Under the pieces are notes generated by a model that did not search any database, was not told where the DNA came from, and was given only the letters and a program-made list of their open reading frames with translations. A stretch of DNA of 46,405 bases from an uncultured Candidatus Saccharibacteria bacterium (GTDB lineage: Bacteria > Patescibacteriota > Minisyncoccia > Sungbacterales > HO2-52-23): contig CAYHZE010000002.1 of NCBI GenBank assembly GCA_964361015.1, positions 1 through 46,405 of the forward strand. The letters run 5' to 3'. Positions 1-9,009 of this stretch are shown here, piece by piece. The number at the start of each line of letters is the position of its first letter. The stretch's first letter is position 1. A program made the position numbers and the translations under genes.

Positions 1-72
1 ATTCTCTTTGGAAATAAGAGGAGGGTCTGGATTCCCGTTTTCACGGGAATGACACGGGTGTGAGGGGTTACG
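1..72. repeat. Right half of a fold-back intergenic repeat (family A hairpin plus GTGTGAGGGGTTAC terminus), truncated by the window start
   Basis: Hairpin ATTCCCGT/tttc/ACGGGAAT at 31-50, flanked by GGTCTGG and GACA, then GGTGTGAGGGGTTAC at 58-72. Same order and similar sequence as 24318-24362. Confidence 0.7.
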
Positions 73-82
73 CGCAAGAGAA

Positions 83-112
83 TTGACATGATAGCAATAT
101 ATATTGTATTAT
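83..112 (+). promoter_or_regulatory. Candidate sigma70-type promoter for the kimA-like gene
   Basis: TTGACA at 83-88, 18-nt spacer, TATTAT at 107-112. Lies about 45 nt upstream of the ORF start. Confidence 0.4.
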
Positions 113-156
113 ATATCAATGGTTTCTTAACAATACGACCCTGATAATACAAGGAG

Positions 157-2001
157 ATGCATGTGAGAAGTATCAAAGAATGGTGTTTGGGTAAACCTCT
201 TCCAACGCGCGAAATGAAACATGAGCGAGTAACCAATGCCGAAGGACTTGCAATATTCGGGACTGATTCCGTCTCTTCTACGGCATATGCCACAGAAGAA
301 ATTCTGCAAGCGCTTGTTGGTGCCGGACTTCTTTTTCTATCCGTCTCCGTTCCAATAGCAATAGTGATCAGTTTGCTTATCTTTGTTGTTGCCATTTCCT
401 ATCGACAGGTGATTTATGCATACCCACAAGGAGGCGGCGTATATAATGTCGCCCGGGCTAACTTGAATGAGAGGCTTGCACTCGTGGGCGCCGCGTCCCT
501 AATGGTTGACTATGTTCTCACCTCAAGCGTGTCCATCGCCGCAGGTATTGCCGCTCTTACTTCCGCAGTAGAGCCGCTCTATGATCATCGCGTAATGCTC
601 GGGGTCATTGTCATTATAGGGTTAACGCTCGTGAATCTACGCGGCGTACGGGAATCAGGAAAAATATTTTCCTATCCCACGTTTATTTTTATCGGCATCT
701 ATGGCGCCATGTTCATTTATGGCGCAATACAGATGGCACAGGGAACATTTCCCGTAGCAGTAATGCCGCCCCAGAATGAATTCATGGGCGTACTCGGTGT
801 TGCGCTTATGTTAAGGGCATTTTCTTCGGGGTGCACGGCAATGACCGGCATTGAAGCGGTCTCCAATGGAGTGCAGGCATTTAAATCCCCGGAGTCTGAA
901 AACGCGGCAAAGACGCTGATGCGCATGGCAACGATCCTTGGAACGATTTTTCTTGGTATCACATTCATGGCCTGGTATGGAAATATCAGACCAATGGAAA
1001 CCGAAACAGTGATATCACAAATTGCCCGATCTCTTTTTGGTTCGGGTATTTGTTACTATCTCGTCCAAGGTATAACGCTCATCATCCTGACACTGGCAGC
1101 CAATACGCCGTTTGCAGGTTTTCCTCGCGTTGCTTCCCAACTCGCCAAAGATGGGTATCTCCCGCGACAATTTATGAATTTAGGATCAAAGGGCGTGTAT
1201 CACTTTGGCATCGCGTTTCTTTCCTTGAGTTCCATGCTACTGCTTATGTTATTCCAAGGGAAAGCACATGCGCTTCTCCCTCTCTATGCGGTGGGTGTGT
1301 TCCTTGGATTTTCCATTTCCCAGTTGGGCATGATCTACTACTGGAAAAAACAATCTGGTGATCATAACTGGCAGATTATCATTAACACCATTGGCTTTTG
1401 TGCCACAACGGCTGTCCTCGTAATTACGTTCTTATCAAAACTTACCCATGGCGCATGGATGCTGGTGCCTGCAATAATTGCCATTATATATGTAATGCGT
1501 CTCATTAAAACGCACTACATGGCAATGGAACAAAAATTGCGGGTAGACGGCATTATGCCGACAATACATCAAGACAAGACCATGGCCGTGCTTGTGTCAG
1601 CGGTAAACAAAGCAACGCTCTATGCGATTGCCGTTGCCCAATCACACAGCCCCAAACACATTGAAGCGTTCCATGTCGCCATAGATGAAGCGGATATACA
1701 GGTGACAGAAGCACAGTGGCGAACGTACCAACAGGAGGGATTAATACCCAGTGATATGAAACTTGAGATTATTTATAACGAGTTTCGCAATATCACAAAG
1801 GCAGTGAATCAACATGTCAGGCAACTGCAAGATCTCTGGAACGACGATGAATTGGTCATTGTGATTCTAGAGATAATTCCGTCCAAATGGTGGCAGCATT
1901 GCCTGCATAACCAGACTGCCAAGATGATTCAGTTGGACATTGAGAATGATCCTAGAATAAATGCGGAAATTCTTGATGTTCAATTCAAAGTAAAAGATTA
2001 A
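157..2001 (+). CDS. kimA: KimA-type K+ transporter (APC superfamily permease with soluble C-terminal domain)
   Basis: 614-aa ORF with many hydrophobic segments followed by a soluble tail. Motifs KEWCLGKPL, AIFGTDSVSSTAYATEEIL, SYRQVIYAYPQGGGVYNV, FSSGCTAMTGIEAVSNG, LAANTPFAGFP, LPLYAVGVF and WWQHCLHNQTA match my recollection of B. subtilis KimA (YdaO). The ATG at 157 abuts AAGGAG (151-156). An in-frame GTG at 163 has a better 6-nt spacing. Confidence 0.85.
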   Translation: MHVRSIKEWCLGKPLPTREMKHERVTNAEGLAIFGTDSVSSTAYATEEILQALVGAGLLFLSVSVPIAIVISLLIFVVAISYRQVIYAYPQGGGVYNVARANLNERLALVGAASLMVDYVLTSSVSIAAGIAALTSAVEPLYDHRVMLGVIVIIGLTLVNLRGVRESGKIFSYPTFIFIGIYGAMFIYGAIQMAQGTFPVAVMPPQNEFMGVLGVALMLRAFSSGCTAMTGIEAVSNGVQAFKSPESENAAKTLMRMATILGTIFLGITFMAWYGNIRPMETETVISQIARSLFGSGICYYLVQGITLIILTLAANTPFAGFPRVASQLAKDGYLPRQFMNLGSKGVYHFGIAFLSLSSMLLLMLFQGKAHALLPLYAVGVFLGFSISQLGMIYYWKKQSGDHNWQIIINTIGFCATTAVLVITFLSKLTHGAWMLVPAIIAIIYVMRLIKTHYMAMEQKLRVDGIMPTIHQDKTMAVLVSAVNKATLYAIAVAQSHSPKHIEAFHVAIDEADIQVTEAQWRTYQQEGLIPSDMKLEIIYNEFRNITKAVNQHVRQLQDLWNDDELVIVILEIIPSKWWQHCLHNQTAKMIQLDIENDPRINAEILDVQFKVKD

Positions 2002-2013
2002 CCCTTTTGCCAA

Positions 2014-2046
2014 AAAGCTCCTCTCTATACGAGGAGCTTTCTTATT
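2014..2046 (+). terminator. Rho-independent terminator after the kimA-like gene
   Basis: Stem AAAGCTCCTC (2014-2023) / GAGGAGCTTT (2031-2040) with a 7-nt loop, followed by CTTATT. Confidence 0.6.
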
Positions 2047-2056
2047 GGGATGATAT

Positions 2057-2779
2057 ATGGTAAAAAAACTCATGGAACAGATTATATTCCCTATTCGCAT
2101 CAATCGCTATCTCGCGCTCAAAGGGCTGGGTACGCGCCGCGGTATTGACGAGCTTATCAAAAAAAGACGCATTACAATAAATGGCCGCATAGTGCTTTTG
2201 GGCGACATGGTGAGAAAAGAAGATGTTGTTGAAGTTACAAAAACAAAACATGATCACGACAAGAAATTATATTATTACGCGTATTATAAACCTGTCGGCA
2301 TTGTCACTCCCCAGCAAGGAGAAAGAAGTCATGCACTCATCTCCGACAAAAAACTTTTTTCCGTGGGACGGCTTGATAAAGATTCAAGCGGCCTCATGAT
2401 CCTTACCAATGACGGCCGCATCACCGACCGCCTGCTCAACCCCGCACATGAACATGAGAAAGAATATATTGTCGAAGTAGACAAAAAGCTCACGCCCCAT
2501 GTGCTTCGCATCCTCCAGCAGGGAATCATGATCGAAGGATATCGAACAAAACCAAGCAAGACTATTTTTATCAACGACAAGACATTTCGCATTATTTTAG
2601 GCGAAGGAAAGAAGCACCAAATCCGGCGCATGGTAGTAGCCATGGGCATGCAAGTCCGCTCGCTCAAACGCGTACGCGTCATGAATATACTTTTGGGAAA
2701 ACTCCAGATAGGAGAGATGCGCGAGATCAAAGGTGAAGAACTCGCCGACTTCCTCAAAGCACTCGGCCTGATCAGCTAA
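2057..2779 (+). CDS. Pseudouridine synthase, RsuA/RluB family, with S4 RNA-binding domain
   Basis: N-terminal S4-like INRYLALKGLGTRRGIDELIKKRRITINGR. Catalytic motif GRLDKDSSGLMILTNDG. HQIRRM near the C-terminus. Confidence 0.9.
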   Translation: MVKKLMEQIIFPIRINRYLALKGLGTRRGIDELIKKRRITINGRIVLLGDMVRKEDVVEVTKTKHDHDKKLYYYAYYKPVGIVTPQQGERSHALISDKKLFSVGRLDKDSSGLMILTNDGRITDRLLNPAHEHEKEYIVEVDKKLTPHVLRILQQGIMIEGYRTKPSKTIFINDKTFRIILGEGKKHQIRRMVVAMGMQVRSLKRVRVMNILLGKLQIGEMREIKGEELADFLKALGLIS

Positions 2780-2922
2780 AACCCTCCTCTCGCACACACT
2801 GCCCATATTTTAAATCAACAATTATTCTACGATCTCCTATTTTTTCTTTACATCTAGCAATGAATCGTTATTATTAATATGCATCTTAAAAATTTCATAC
2901 ACTCGCAGATAAGGAACAAGCG

Positions 2923-3493
2923 ATGAAATTGATTATCGGTCTTTTGGAAGAAAATGGCGCTGGCAAGACAAGCGCACTCAACACGTTAAAATATCTTTTT
3001 TGTGCAGATGCGCAATCGGTGGCAGAGTATAGATTTTCCGACATCCTGCTGGAAACACTTGCCATATGGGGAATCAAAAAAAAGCCGCGCCAATCTGCAA
3101 TGCCTTGCACAAGTTATGGATAATGCATTCGGCGCGGGCGCTCTTTCCCAAACCATGCGGGCAAGGATCAAGAACGCAACCGCTGAAATAGTGTTCGTAG
3201 ACGGAGTACGCTGGGAAACCGACCGAGAACTGATAAAAAGTTTGCACGGCATTCTCATATACATTACCGCGCCCCACAAGACTCGCTTTGAGCGCCTGAA
3301 GAAGCGCAATCAAAAAGTCGGAGAAGCTACAATGACATGGGAGCAATTTCTGAAAGAAGACAATGCTCCAAACGAGATTATAGTCCCGCAGATTGGAGCA
3401 ACTGCTGACTTCTTGATACAAAACAATTCTACACCTGAGGAATTTGAGAAGAACATTGCCAATATGTACCATTTAATAGCCGCATCTCTATGA
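2923..3493 (+). pseudogene. P-loop nucleoside/nucleotide kinase-like gene (CoaE/dNMP-kinase-like) interrupted by a +1 frameshift in an A8 run
   Basis: ORF 2923-3123 carries a P-loop-like IIGLLEENGAGKTS and has AAGGAA 6 nt upstream of its ATG. It terminates 40 nt after an A8 run (3076-3083). ORF 3002-3493 continues in the next frame with a kinase-like body (VFVDGVRWETDRE, LIYITAPHKTRFERLKKR). Seven As would give one continuous ORF of about 190 aa. Confidence 0.7.
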
Positions 3494-3505
3494 TGCGGCT
3501 TTTTT
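3478..3505 (+). terminator. Rho-independent terminator between convergent genes
   Basis: AGCCGCATC / GATGCGGCT stem spanning the TGA stop at 3491-3493, followed by a TTTTT run. Confidence 0.7.
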
Positions 3506-3507
3506 AC

Positions 3508-4770
3508 TTACCAAGATGTTTCTGCCGGAATGGTATTAAGCATAAATTCTTCGGGTTTTTCGGTGAAAATAATCCTTTTACCTAAAGAATGCGCATATCC
3601 GATTTCAAACATCGCTGACGCTCCGACATAACCACTTGGATCGCACACAATAAGGGCGTCGGATTGGGCTATGGAGTCGAGGTGATGGCGTTCTAGTTCG
3701 AGCGGACTCAACCCTTCTTCCCCGCCAAAAACCACAAACGTTTCTCCAGGATTTTTTGGTTCAGTAAAACGCGGCGAAAGAACGCGCGTCCCGTGCCGTT
3801 CAAGATGAGATTTCTTTTCAAGGATATAATCGAGATGTTTTCGAAAACTGCCGGAAAGAGTAACATGCCGAAATTCCTGACGAACAATGCCATGCACCAT
3901 ATTGGAATCAGAGGGAATGATCCATTCTATGCCATATGCTTCGCAGATTGCCTGCGCGATCGCCGAACACCCTCGTGCGCCATGCATCCATTTGGGATCA
4001 TGTGGTATCAATGCCTCAAGTCCTTGAAGCGACAGGCCTGAAAATACATGTTCATTTCTGCTTCTCATATTATTCACACTGATCCTTTGCGGATGTTCTT
4101 CATCATGGAAAAACGTATTCGGTTCCAATACATAGTCGGCAAGACGCATGTACGTCAGCTCACCTCCGTTGTACATTGCGATACGGGGATTATTTGAAAG
4201 CACGGGAAGTTTTGCCTTTACAAAATTAACAACATCAATCATCGCTACAGAAGCATGGTAATCATTAATGCCGGAAAATTCCGAGTTAATTATGCCAACC
4301 CCTATATCTATATTATGACGCTCGACTGCTTCTCTGCCGTGCATAACAACCACCTCACTTGACCCTCCACCGATATTGATCAGAAGCATTGGCTCGTTTT
4401 GTATGTATTTTCCTACAAGCGCCATTTCAAGATAAAAACTTTCAAGATCGTGGCTTATAATATTAAAAAATTGTCCCGTGCGTGCAAAAATCTCGTCCAC
4501 CAATCGGGTACGCGCCGCATTGGTTAATGTTCGAAATATGCCTGTCGCATACAGTTTTACACAAGCATACTTCTGCTGATCTCGCAGCGTTTCAAATATA
4601 TCAAACAGTTCTTTCTTAGCATGGGGAGATATCCCTTCTTCGGAATTGAAACCTTCCTTAAAATGAATGCTTCGCTGGATAAGAGGCGTAATTACACCAT
4701 TTTCAATTCTATATACCTTCACTGTTGACGATCCGACATCAATAATAATCTTATCGTGTTGTGTGGACAT
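3508..4770 (-). CDS. Fusion protein: Ppx/GppA-type (actin-like ATPase fold) phosphatase domain plus C-terminal nucleoside 2-deoxyribosyltransferase-like domain
   Basis: N-terminus has IIIDVGSSTVKVY, ATGIFRTLTNAARTRLVDEI...NIISHDLESFY and LINIGGGSSEVVV, the Ppx/GppA phosphate-binding motifs. The C-terminal ~120 aa (VTLSGSFRKHL...FVVFGGEEGLSP...SDALIVCDPSGYVGASAMFEIGYAHSLGKRIIF) resemble Rossmann-like nucleoside deoxyribosyltransferase/SLOG-type domains. Confidence 0.7.
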   Translation of the reverse strand: MSTQHDKIIIDVGSSTVKVYRIENGVITPLIQRSIHFKEGFNSEEGISPHAKKELFDIFETLRDQQKYACVKLYATGIFRTLTNAARTRLVDEIFARTGQFFNIISHDLESFYLEMALVGKYIQNEPMLLINIGGGSSEVVVMHGREAVERHNIDIGVGIINSEFSGINDYHASVAMIDVVNFVKAKLPVLSNNPRIAMYNGGELTYMRLADYVLEPNTFFHDEEHPQRISVNNMRSRNEHVFSGLSLQGLEALIPHDPKWMHGARGCSAIAQAICEAYGIEWIIPSDSNMVHGIVRQEFRHVTLSGSFRKHLDYILEKKSHLERHGTRVLSPRFTEPKNPGETFVVFGGEEGLSPLELERHHLDSIAQSDALIVCDPSGYVGASAMFEIGYAHSLGKRIIFTEKPEEFMLNTIPAETSW

Positions 4771-4921
4771 ACATTAGATTTTTCCTTATTTTAATAATCA
4801 GATTAACTGATCTATACATATCATTTGTAGTATCATAATCAAGTCATCAATACAATGCTTGGTGGCGCAAGACCCATCAAAACAAACATTTTTGTCATTG
4901 AAAATATTTCAATATTTTGCT

Positions 4922-4965
4922 CATTTTAAACAAATCCCAACGATCGTTGGGATTTGTTTAAAATG
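4922..4965. repeat. Perfect 44-bp palindrome centred on CGATCG; probable bidirectional terminator downstream of typA
   Basis: CATTTTAAACAAATCCCAACGA (4922-4943) is the exact reverse complement of TCGTTGGGATTTGTTTAAAATG (4944-4965). The GC core CCCAAC/GTTGGG is followed by a T-rich ATTTGTTT on both strands. Confidence 0.8.
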
Positions 4966-4985
4966 ATGACCAATTATTCCGCATA

Positions 4986-6818
4986 TTATCTTGCCGCCCG
5001 CTTCCTCTCATTTTCTGTCAAAAATTGCTTGCGCAATCGCACGCTTTGGGGCGTGACTTCCAGATATTCATCATCTGCCATAGTTTCAAGACCACGCTCA
5101 ATGGTGAGTAAAAACGGTGGCGTGAGAGGATCCTGTGTATCTGCCGATCCCCGGGCGCGCATGTTGGTGAGATGCTTGCCTTTGATGGGATTTACCGGCA
5201 TTTGTTCGCCTTTTGATGTGTTGCCGATCACCATGCCTTCATAGACTTCAGTATTTGCATCAATATAGAGCGTACCCCGCGTTTGCAAATTGGCAAGAGA
5301 AAAATGAAGCGTTTTGCCGGTTTCCATGGAGATCATGGAGCCAACCGCGCGCTTGCGGATATCGCCAACATGCGGCTTAAAGCCAATCACGCGACCAGCC
5401 ATTATTCCTTCGCCTTTGGTATCAATCATAAACTCTCCCCTATATCCCAAAAGCCCGCGCGTCGGCCCTTCAAATATCAGGCGCATGGTATTGTGCTCCT
5501 GCTTCATTGTCTGCAAAATTGCGGCGCGTTTGCCAAGCTTTTCAATAACCACGCCTTGAGATTCCAATGGCACATCAATCGTCACTTCTTCAAACGGCTC
5601 CATTTTAACGCCGTCTATTTCTTTGATAATAACGTGCGGCTGGGACACCTGCATTTCATATCCTTCACGGCGCATATTTTCAAGTAAAATGGAAATATGC
5701 AATTCACCGCGGCCGTATATTTTGAATTTATCACCATCTGAAAAATCAACTTTCAAGCCAACATTGATTTCCAGTTCTTTTTCCAGCCGTTCACGAAGCT
5801 GGCGCGAAGTGACAAATTTTCCTTCCCGTCCTGCAAAAGGCGAATCATTCACAAAAAAATTAAGTACAATGGTCGGCTCATCCACATGAATTGCGGGAAG
5901 CGCGCCTTGCTCTGCAGACGCGCAAATAGTCTCTCCGATATAGATGTCAGAGATCCCCGCGATCATCACAATATCGCCTGCATAAACTTCCTGCGCTTCC
6001 TCGCGCAAAAGACCTTTGAACGTAAAAAGTTTGTTTATTTTTGCGTTGCGAGTATTGCCGTCCGCTGATTTCACACACACCACCTGACCCGTATGAATGG
6101 TTCCCTCGTACACGCGCGCCACCGCCAAACGCCCGAGAAAATTGTCATAACCCAAATTAAACGGCTGTGCGCGAAGCGGAACAGTTGCGTCAGACACGGC
6201 TGCGGGCACATAGCGTAAAATCGTATCCAATAAAGGCGCCAAATCTTTTGATTCATCAGCAATCCGCAACTTTGCAACTCCTTGGCGCCCGATTGCGTAG
6301 ACAATCGGAAAATCAAGCTGCTCGTCATTAGCGCCCAAATCCATAAAAAGTTCAAACACAAATTCCTCCGTGCGCTTGGGATCTGCCGCGGGCTTGTCAA
6401 TTTTATTGATAACCACAATGGGCTTAAGTCCAAGCTCCAAGGATTTCTTTAATACAAATCGGGTTTGTGGCATAGGACCTTCCTGCGCGTCCACCACCAA
6501 AAGTACGCAATCAATGGAGCGCAATACGCGCTCAACTTCGGACCCGAAATCAGCATGCCCCGGGGTATCTACGATATTAATTTTCGTATCCTTATAAAAA
6601 ATAGAAGAATTTTTTGCATAAATCGTAATGCCGCGCTCCTGCTCAAGCGCGTTTGAATCCATGCTCATCCCCTCCTCAAACATGCCGGTTTGGCGCATGA
6701 TGGCATCGGTGAGCGTAGTTTTCCCATGGTCTACATGGGCGATAATAGCGATATTGCGTATTTCCATACTTTTTGTAAAAAAAATATCTCGCGCGCGAGA
6801 TGTTTTATCCCTACTCAT
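4986..6818 (-). CDS. typA: Translational GTPase TypA/BipA
   Basis: [20 protein letters not shown]1 motif, [14 protein letters not shown], and an EF-G-like domain order of about 600 aa. An alternative ATG at 6767 (MEIRNIAII) gives a more typical N-terminus. Confidence 0.95.
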   Translation of the reverse strand: MSRDKTSRARDIFFTKSMEIRNIAIIAHVDHGKTTLTDAIMRQTGMFEEGMSMDSNALEQERGITIYAKNSSIFYKDTKINIVDTPGHADFGSEVERVLRSIDCVLLVVDAQEGPMPQTRFVLKKSLELGLKPIVVINKIDKPAADPKRTEEFVFELFMDLGANDEQLDFPIVYAIGRQGVAKLRIADESKDLAPLLDTILRYVPAAVSDATVPLRAQPFNLGYDNFLGRLAVARVYEGTIHTGQVVCVKSADGNTRNAKINKLFTFKGLLREEAQEVYAGDIVMIAGISDIYIGETICASAEQGALPAIHVDEPTIVLNFFVNDSPFAGREGKFVTSRQLRERLEKELEINVGLKVDFSDGDKFKIYGRGELHISILLENMRREGYEMQVSQPHVIIKEIDGVKMEPFEEVTIDVPLESQGVVIEKLGKRAAILQTMKQEHNTMRLIFEGPTRGLLGYRGEFMIDTKGEGIMAGRVIGFKPHVGDIRKRAVGSMISMETGKTLHFSLANLQTRGTLYIDANTEVYEGMVIGNTSKGEQMPVNPIKGKHLTNMRARGSADTQDPLTPPFLLTIERGLETMADDEYLEVTPQSVRLRKQFLTENERKRAAR

Positions 6819-6859
6819 TTAGTATATATTAAAATATAAAAAAGTCAAATTTTTGTATT

Positions 6860-6899
6860 GGTAACCCCTCATCCCTCACCCCTCACTATTGTTACGCGC
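6860..6899. repeat. Fragment of the CCCTCACCC/GTAACCCCTCA (family C) repeat
   Basis: GGTAACCCCTCATCCCTCACCCCTCACTATTGTTACGCGC. It shares GTAACCCCTCA and TTACGCGC with 58-76 (opposite orientation) and 24216-24234. Confidence 0.6.
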
Positions 6900-6994
6900 A
6901 AAATCATCTTAACCTTCTTAAAAGATAAAAAATGTCCCGACCGGCTTGAGGGACATTTGAAGAATAGTAAATGTGAGAAAGAACAAGATGGCCA

Positions 6995-7435
6995 TCAGGA
7001 ATTACCACGGGAACATATTGGTTTGAGAACGCAGGTTATGCATGAAATCGAGAATTTCGCTTCAACCGTACCGTCATCTTTCTTAATCATGCAAGACGAT
7101 TTTGTGATGGATTCATCCTCATCATTCGATATAAACAAACAGACAAATGGCCGAGAATCTCCCGATGGACATGAAACTTCACGGAAAGAATTTTCATGGA
7201 TAAAGGCAATCTGGTTGTCCAAGACAACGGTGAGTAAGAGTCCTTCCCGCGCAATTACTTCCACGTAGTGAAGAGGCAGACAATCCGTGTCGCCGCAACA
7301 GGGATTGTTATTCTGATCAACTGCTTCATTGACCCATTGGGGCATTTGTCCATGCTCGCCGCGCACTATCCATGGAAAACAGATGAGCAGTAATGTAAAA
7401 AGAGCGATACAACTAGCAAGCCGCTTTTTAAGCAT
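6995..7435 (-). CDS. Small secreted Cys-rich hypothetical protein
   Basis: Signal-peptide-like MLKKRLASCIALFTLLLICFPWIVRG. GAGGA lies 7 nt upstream of the ATG. Ten Cys residues. No family recognised. Confidence 0.6.
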   Translation of the reverse strand: MLKKRLASCIALFTLLLICFPWIVRGEHGQMPQWVNEAVDQNNNPCCGDTDCLPLHYVEVIAREGLLLTVVLDNQIAFIHENSFREVSCPSGDSRPFVCLFISNDEDESITKSSCMIKKDDGTVEAKFSISCITCVLKPICSRGNS

Positions 7436-7513
7436 AATAGATTCCTCTTTTTTGTATGCGCTATACTATGGTATATGTACTATGAAATGTACGAAATTGC
7501 AAAAATTAAATTT

Positions 7514-7542
7514 TTGACACATTCAATTCTCCATTCTATCAT
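7514..7542 (+). promoter_or_regulatory. Candidate promoter for the aquaporin gene
   Basis: TTGACA at 7514-7519, 17-nt spacer, TATCAT at 7537-7542. A second perfect TATAAT at 7579-7584 overlaps the first ATG of the ORF. Confidence 0.4.
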
Positions 7543-7606
7543 AGTAAGTAGTACCCAGCTTAGTTAATTAACTCACATTATAATGAGTATATATAAGGAA
7601 GAACAT

Positions 7607-8287
7607 ATGCGTGCATATATTGCCGAATTTATTGGCACATGCGCCTTGATTCTCTTTGGCGCGGGATCTATCATCGCAACGCAAGCAATGGTCGGGAGTT
7701 CTGCGGCGCTCCTTGTCGTAGCGCTTGCCCATGGACTTACCATCGCCTGCATGGTATCAGCCCTTGGCGCCATATCAGGCGGTCACTTTAATCCGGCGGT
7801 TACATTTGGTTTTATCGTAGGCAATAAAATGTCCAAACGCAAAGCGTATGGCTATATGATTGCTCAATTATTAGGAGCAGTTGTTGCGGCTCTTATATTG
7901 CAAGTTCTCGTTTTCCCAGAGACATGGCAGACCGCACAATTGGGCACTCCTATGCTTGCGAGCAATGTTTCTTTTTTACGAGGAATGTTCCTTGAAGCTC
8001 TTTTCACATTCTTCCTTATGATCGTTGTGTTAGGCACTGCGGTTGATAGTCGCGCACCAAAAGTCGGCGGTCTTTTCATCGGACTTATCATTACCGTGGA
8101 TATTCTCCTTGGAGGCCAACTTACCGGAGCTGCCATGAATCCGGCACGCACCTTTGGCCCCGCATTTATGGGCTGGATAGGAGGCGCTTCGTATAGTCCA
8201 TGGGCAGGGCACCTTGTCTATTGGTTCGGACCTCTTATCGGCGCAGGTACTGCCGCTTGGATATATAAAAAATTTCTGTCCTCATAA
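7607..8287 (+). CDS. Aquaporin / MIP-family channel (AqpZ-like size)
   Basis: Two NPA boxes (HFNPAVTF and AMNPARTF) and six hydrophobic segments. Start chosen at the ATG at 7607, which has AAGGAAG 5 nt upstream. The ORF-track start at 7583 overlaps a TATAAT box. Confidence 0.9.
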   Translation: MRAYIAEFIGTCALILFGAGSIIATQAMVGSSAALLVVALAHGLTIACMVSALGAISGGHFNPAVTFGFIVGNKMSKRKAYGYMIAQLLGAVVAALILQVLVFPETWQTAQLGTPMLASNVSFLRGMFLEALFTFFLMIVVLGTAVDSRAPKVGGLFIGLIITVDILLGGQLTGAAMNPARTFGPAFMGWIGGASYSPWAGHLVYWFGPLIGAGTAAWIYKKFLSS

Positions 8288-8334
8288 AATTCGTCTTCAT
8301 ACCTGCAAGCAATCAGATGTTGCAAATGTATATC

Positions 8335-8366
8335 AAAAACCTCTCTCTTAACGGGAGGTTTTTTCT
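8335..8366. terminator. Bidirectional rho-independent terminator between the convergent aquaporin and methyltransferase genes
   Basis: AAAACCTC ... GAGGTTTT stem with an A-run before and a TTTTTT run after. Confidence 0.6.
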
Positions 8367-8389
8367 ATATCCACCCTCGCGCCTCAATT

Positions 8390-8953
8390 TCATTTCTCTT
8401 TTCGCGCGACCAGAATAAAACAGGGAAATATATTACGAATCTCAAATCCAATAGACGTATTGCCGAATATCTTTTTCATGGTTCGATACATCAATGGGCT
8501 ATAATTAAAAATAACAAATACTCCCTGCGGGCGCAAAACCCCATGGATATCGTGCGCAATCTGCATGCGTTCTGATGGCGTTATGAATGAAAATGGAATA
8601 CTTGCCACGGCAAAATCTACAAGACCCGGTTGATGAGTTCTGACATTGCTTGCAATATCCTGCGCCCTCCCCTCAATGACCTTGAGCCGCGGGTCGTGAA
8701 TACCTTGCAAGAGTCCAACAAATTCTTTATTGGATTCAACGGCAAGAAGTGTTCCATCTTGAGGGAGAAGATTGAGAAGCGCCCGTGTCACCACCCCTTC
8801 TCCGGGACCGCACTCCACAATGGTTTTCGCGCCATTGGGGACATGCTTCATAACACCCTCAACCACAAACCGTGAACTTGCGGCTACTGCCCCGACATAT
8901 TTGTCCATGGTAAAGACTTTTAAAAAATTAATCCTCTCGCGAATACTCTGCAT
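8390..8953 (-). CDS. Class I SAM-dependent methyltransferase
   Basis: Motif I IVECGPGEGVVT, an acidic residue after beta-2 (LLAVESN), and a Rossmann-like order in about 190 aa. Confidence 0.75.
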   Translation of the reverse strand: MQSIRERINFLKVFTMDKYVGAVAASSRFVVEGVMKHVPNGAKTIVECGPGEGVVTRALLNLLPQDGTLLAVESNKEFVGLLQGIHDPRLKVIEGRAQDIASNVRTHQPGLVDFAVASIPFSFITPSERMQIAHDIHGVLRPQGVFVIFNYSPLMYRTMKKIFGNTSIGFEIRNIFPCFILVARKEK

Positions 8954-9009
8954 ATCCTATGTTATTAATTAATAATCATATTAATAATTCTGTTTATACT
9001 CATAGTTTT

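Noticed and set aside
1-156. c-di-AMP (ydaO-type) riboswitch upstream of the kimA homologue, as in Bacillus
   Set aside because: A plausible promoter at 83-112 leaves only a leader of about 45 nt. The upstream 80 nt are a copy of the dispersed repeat, and I see none of the pseudo-twofold ydaO motif features. An Infernal scan would settle it.
3491-3493. Alternative genetic code (UGA reassigned, as in some candidate phyla)
   Set aside because: TGA works as a sensible stop here, and the conserved proteins (TypA, Obg, GalU, helicase) are full length under the standard code without in-frame TGA read-through.
6858-7268. 136-aa plus-strand ORF beginning in the CCCTCACCC repeat
   Set aside because: It starts inside a repeat fragment and runs antisense to the better-supported secreted-protein gene at 6995-7435, which has an SD and a signal peptide.
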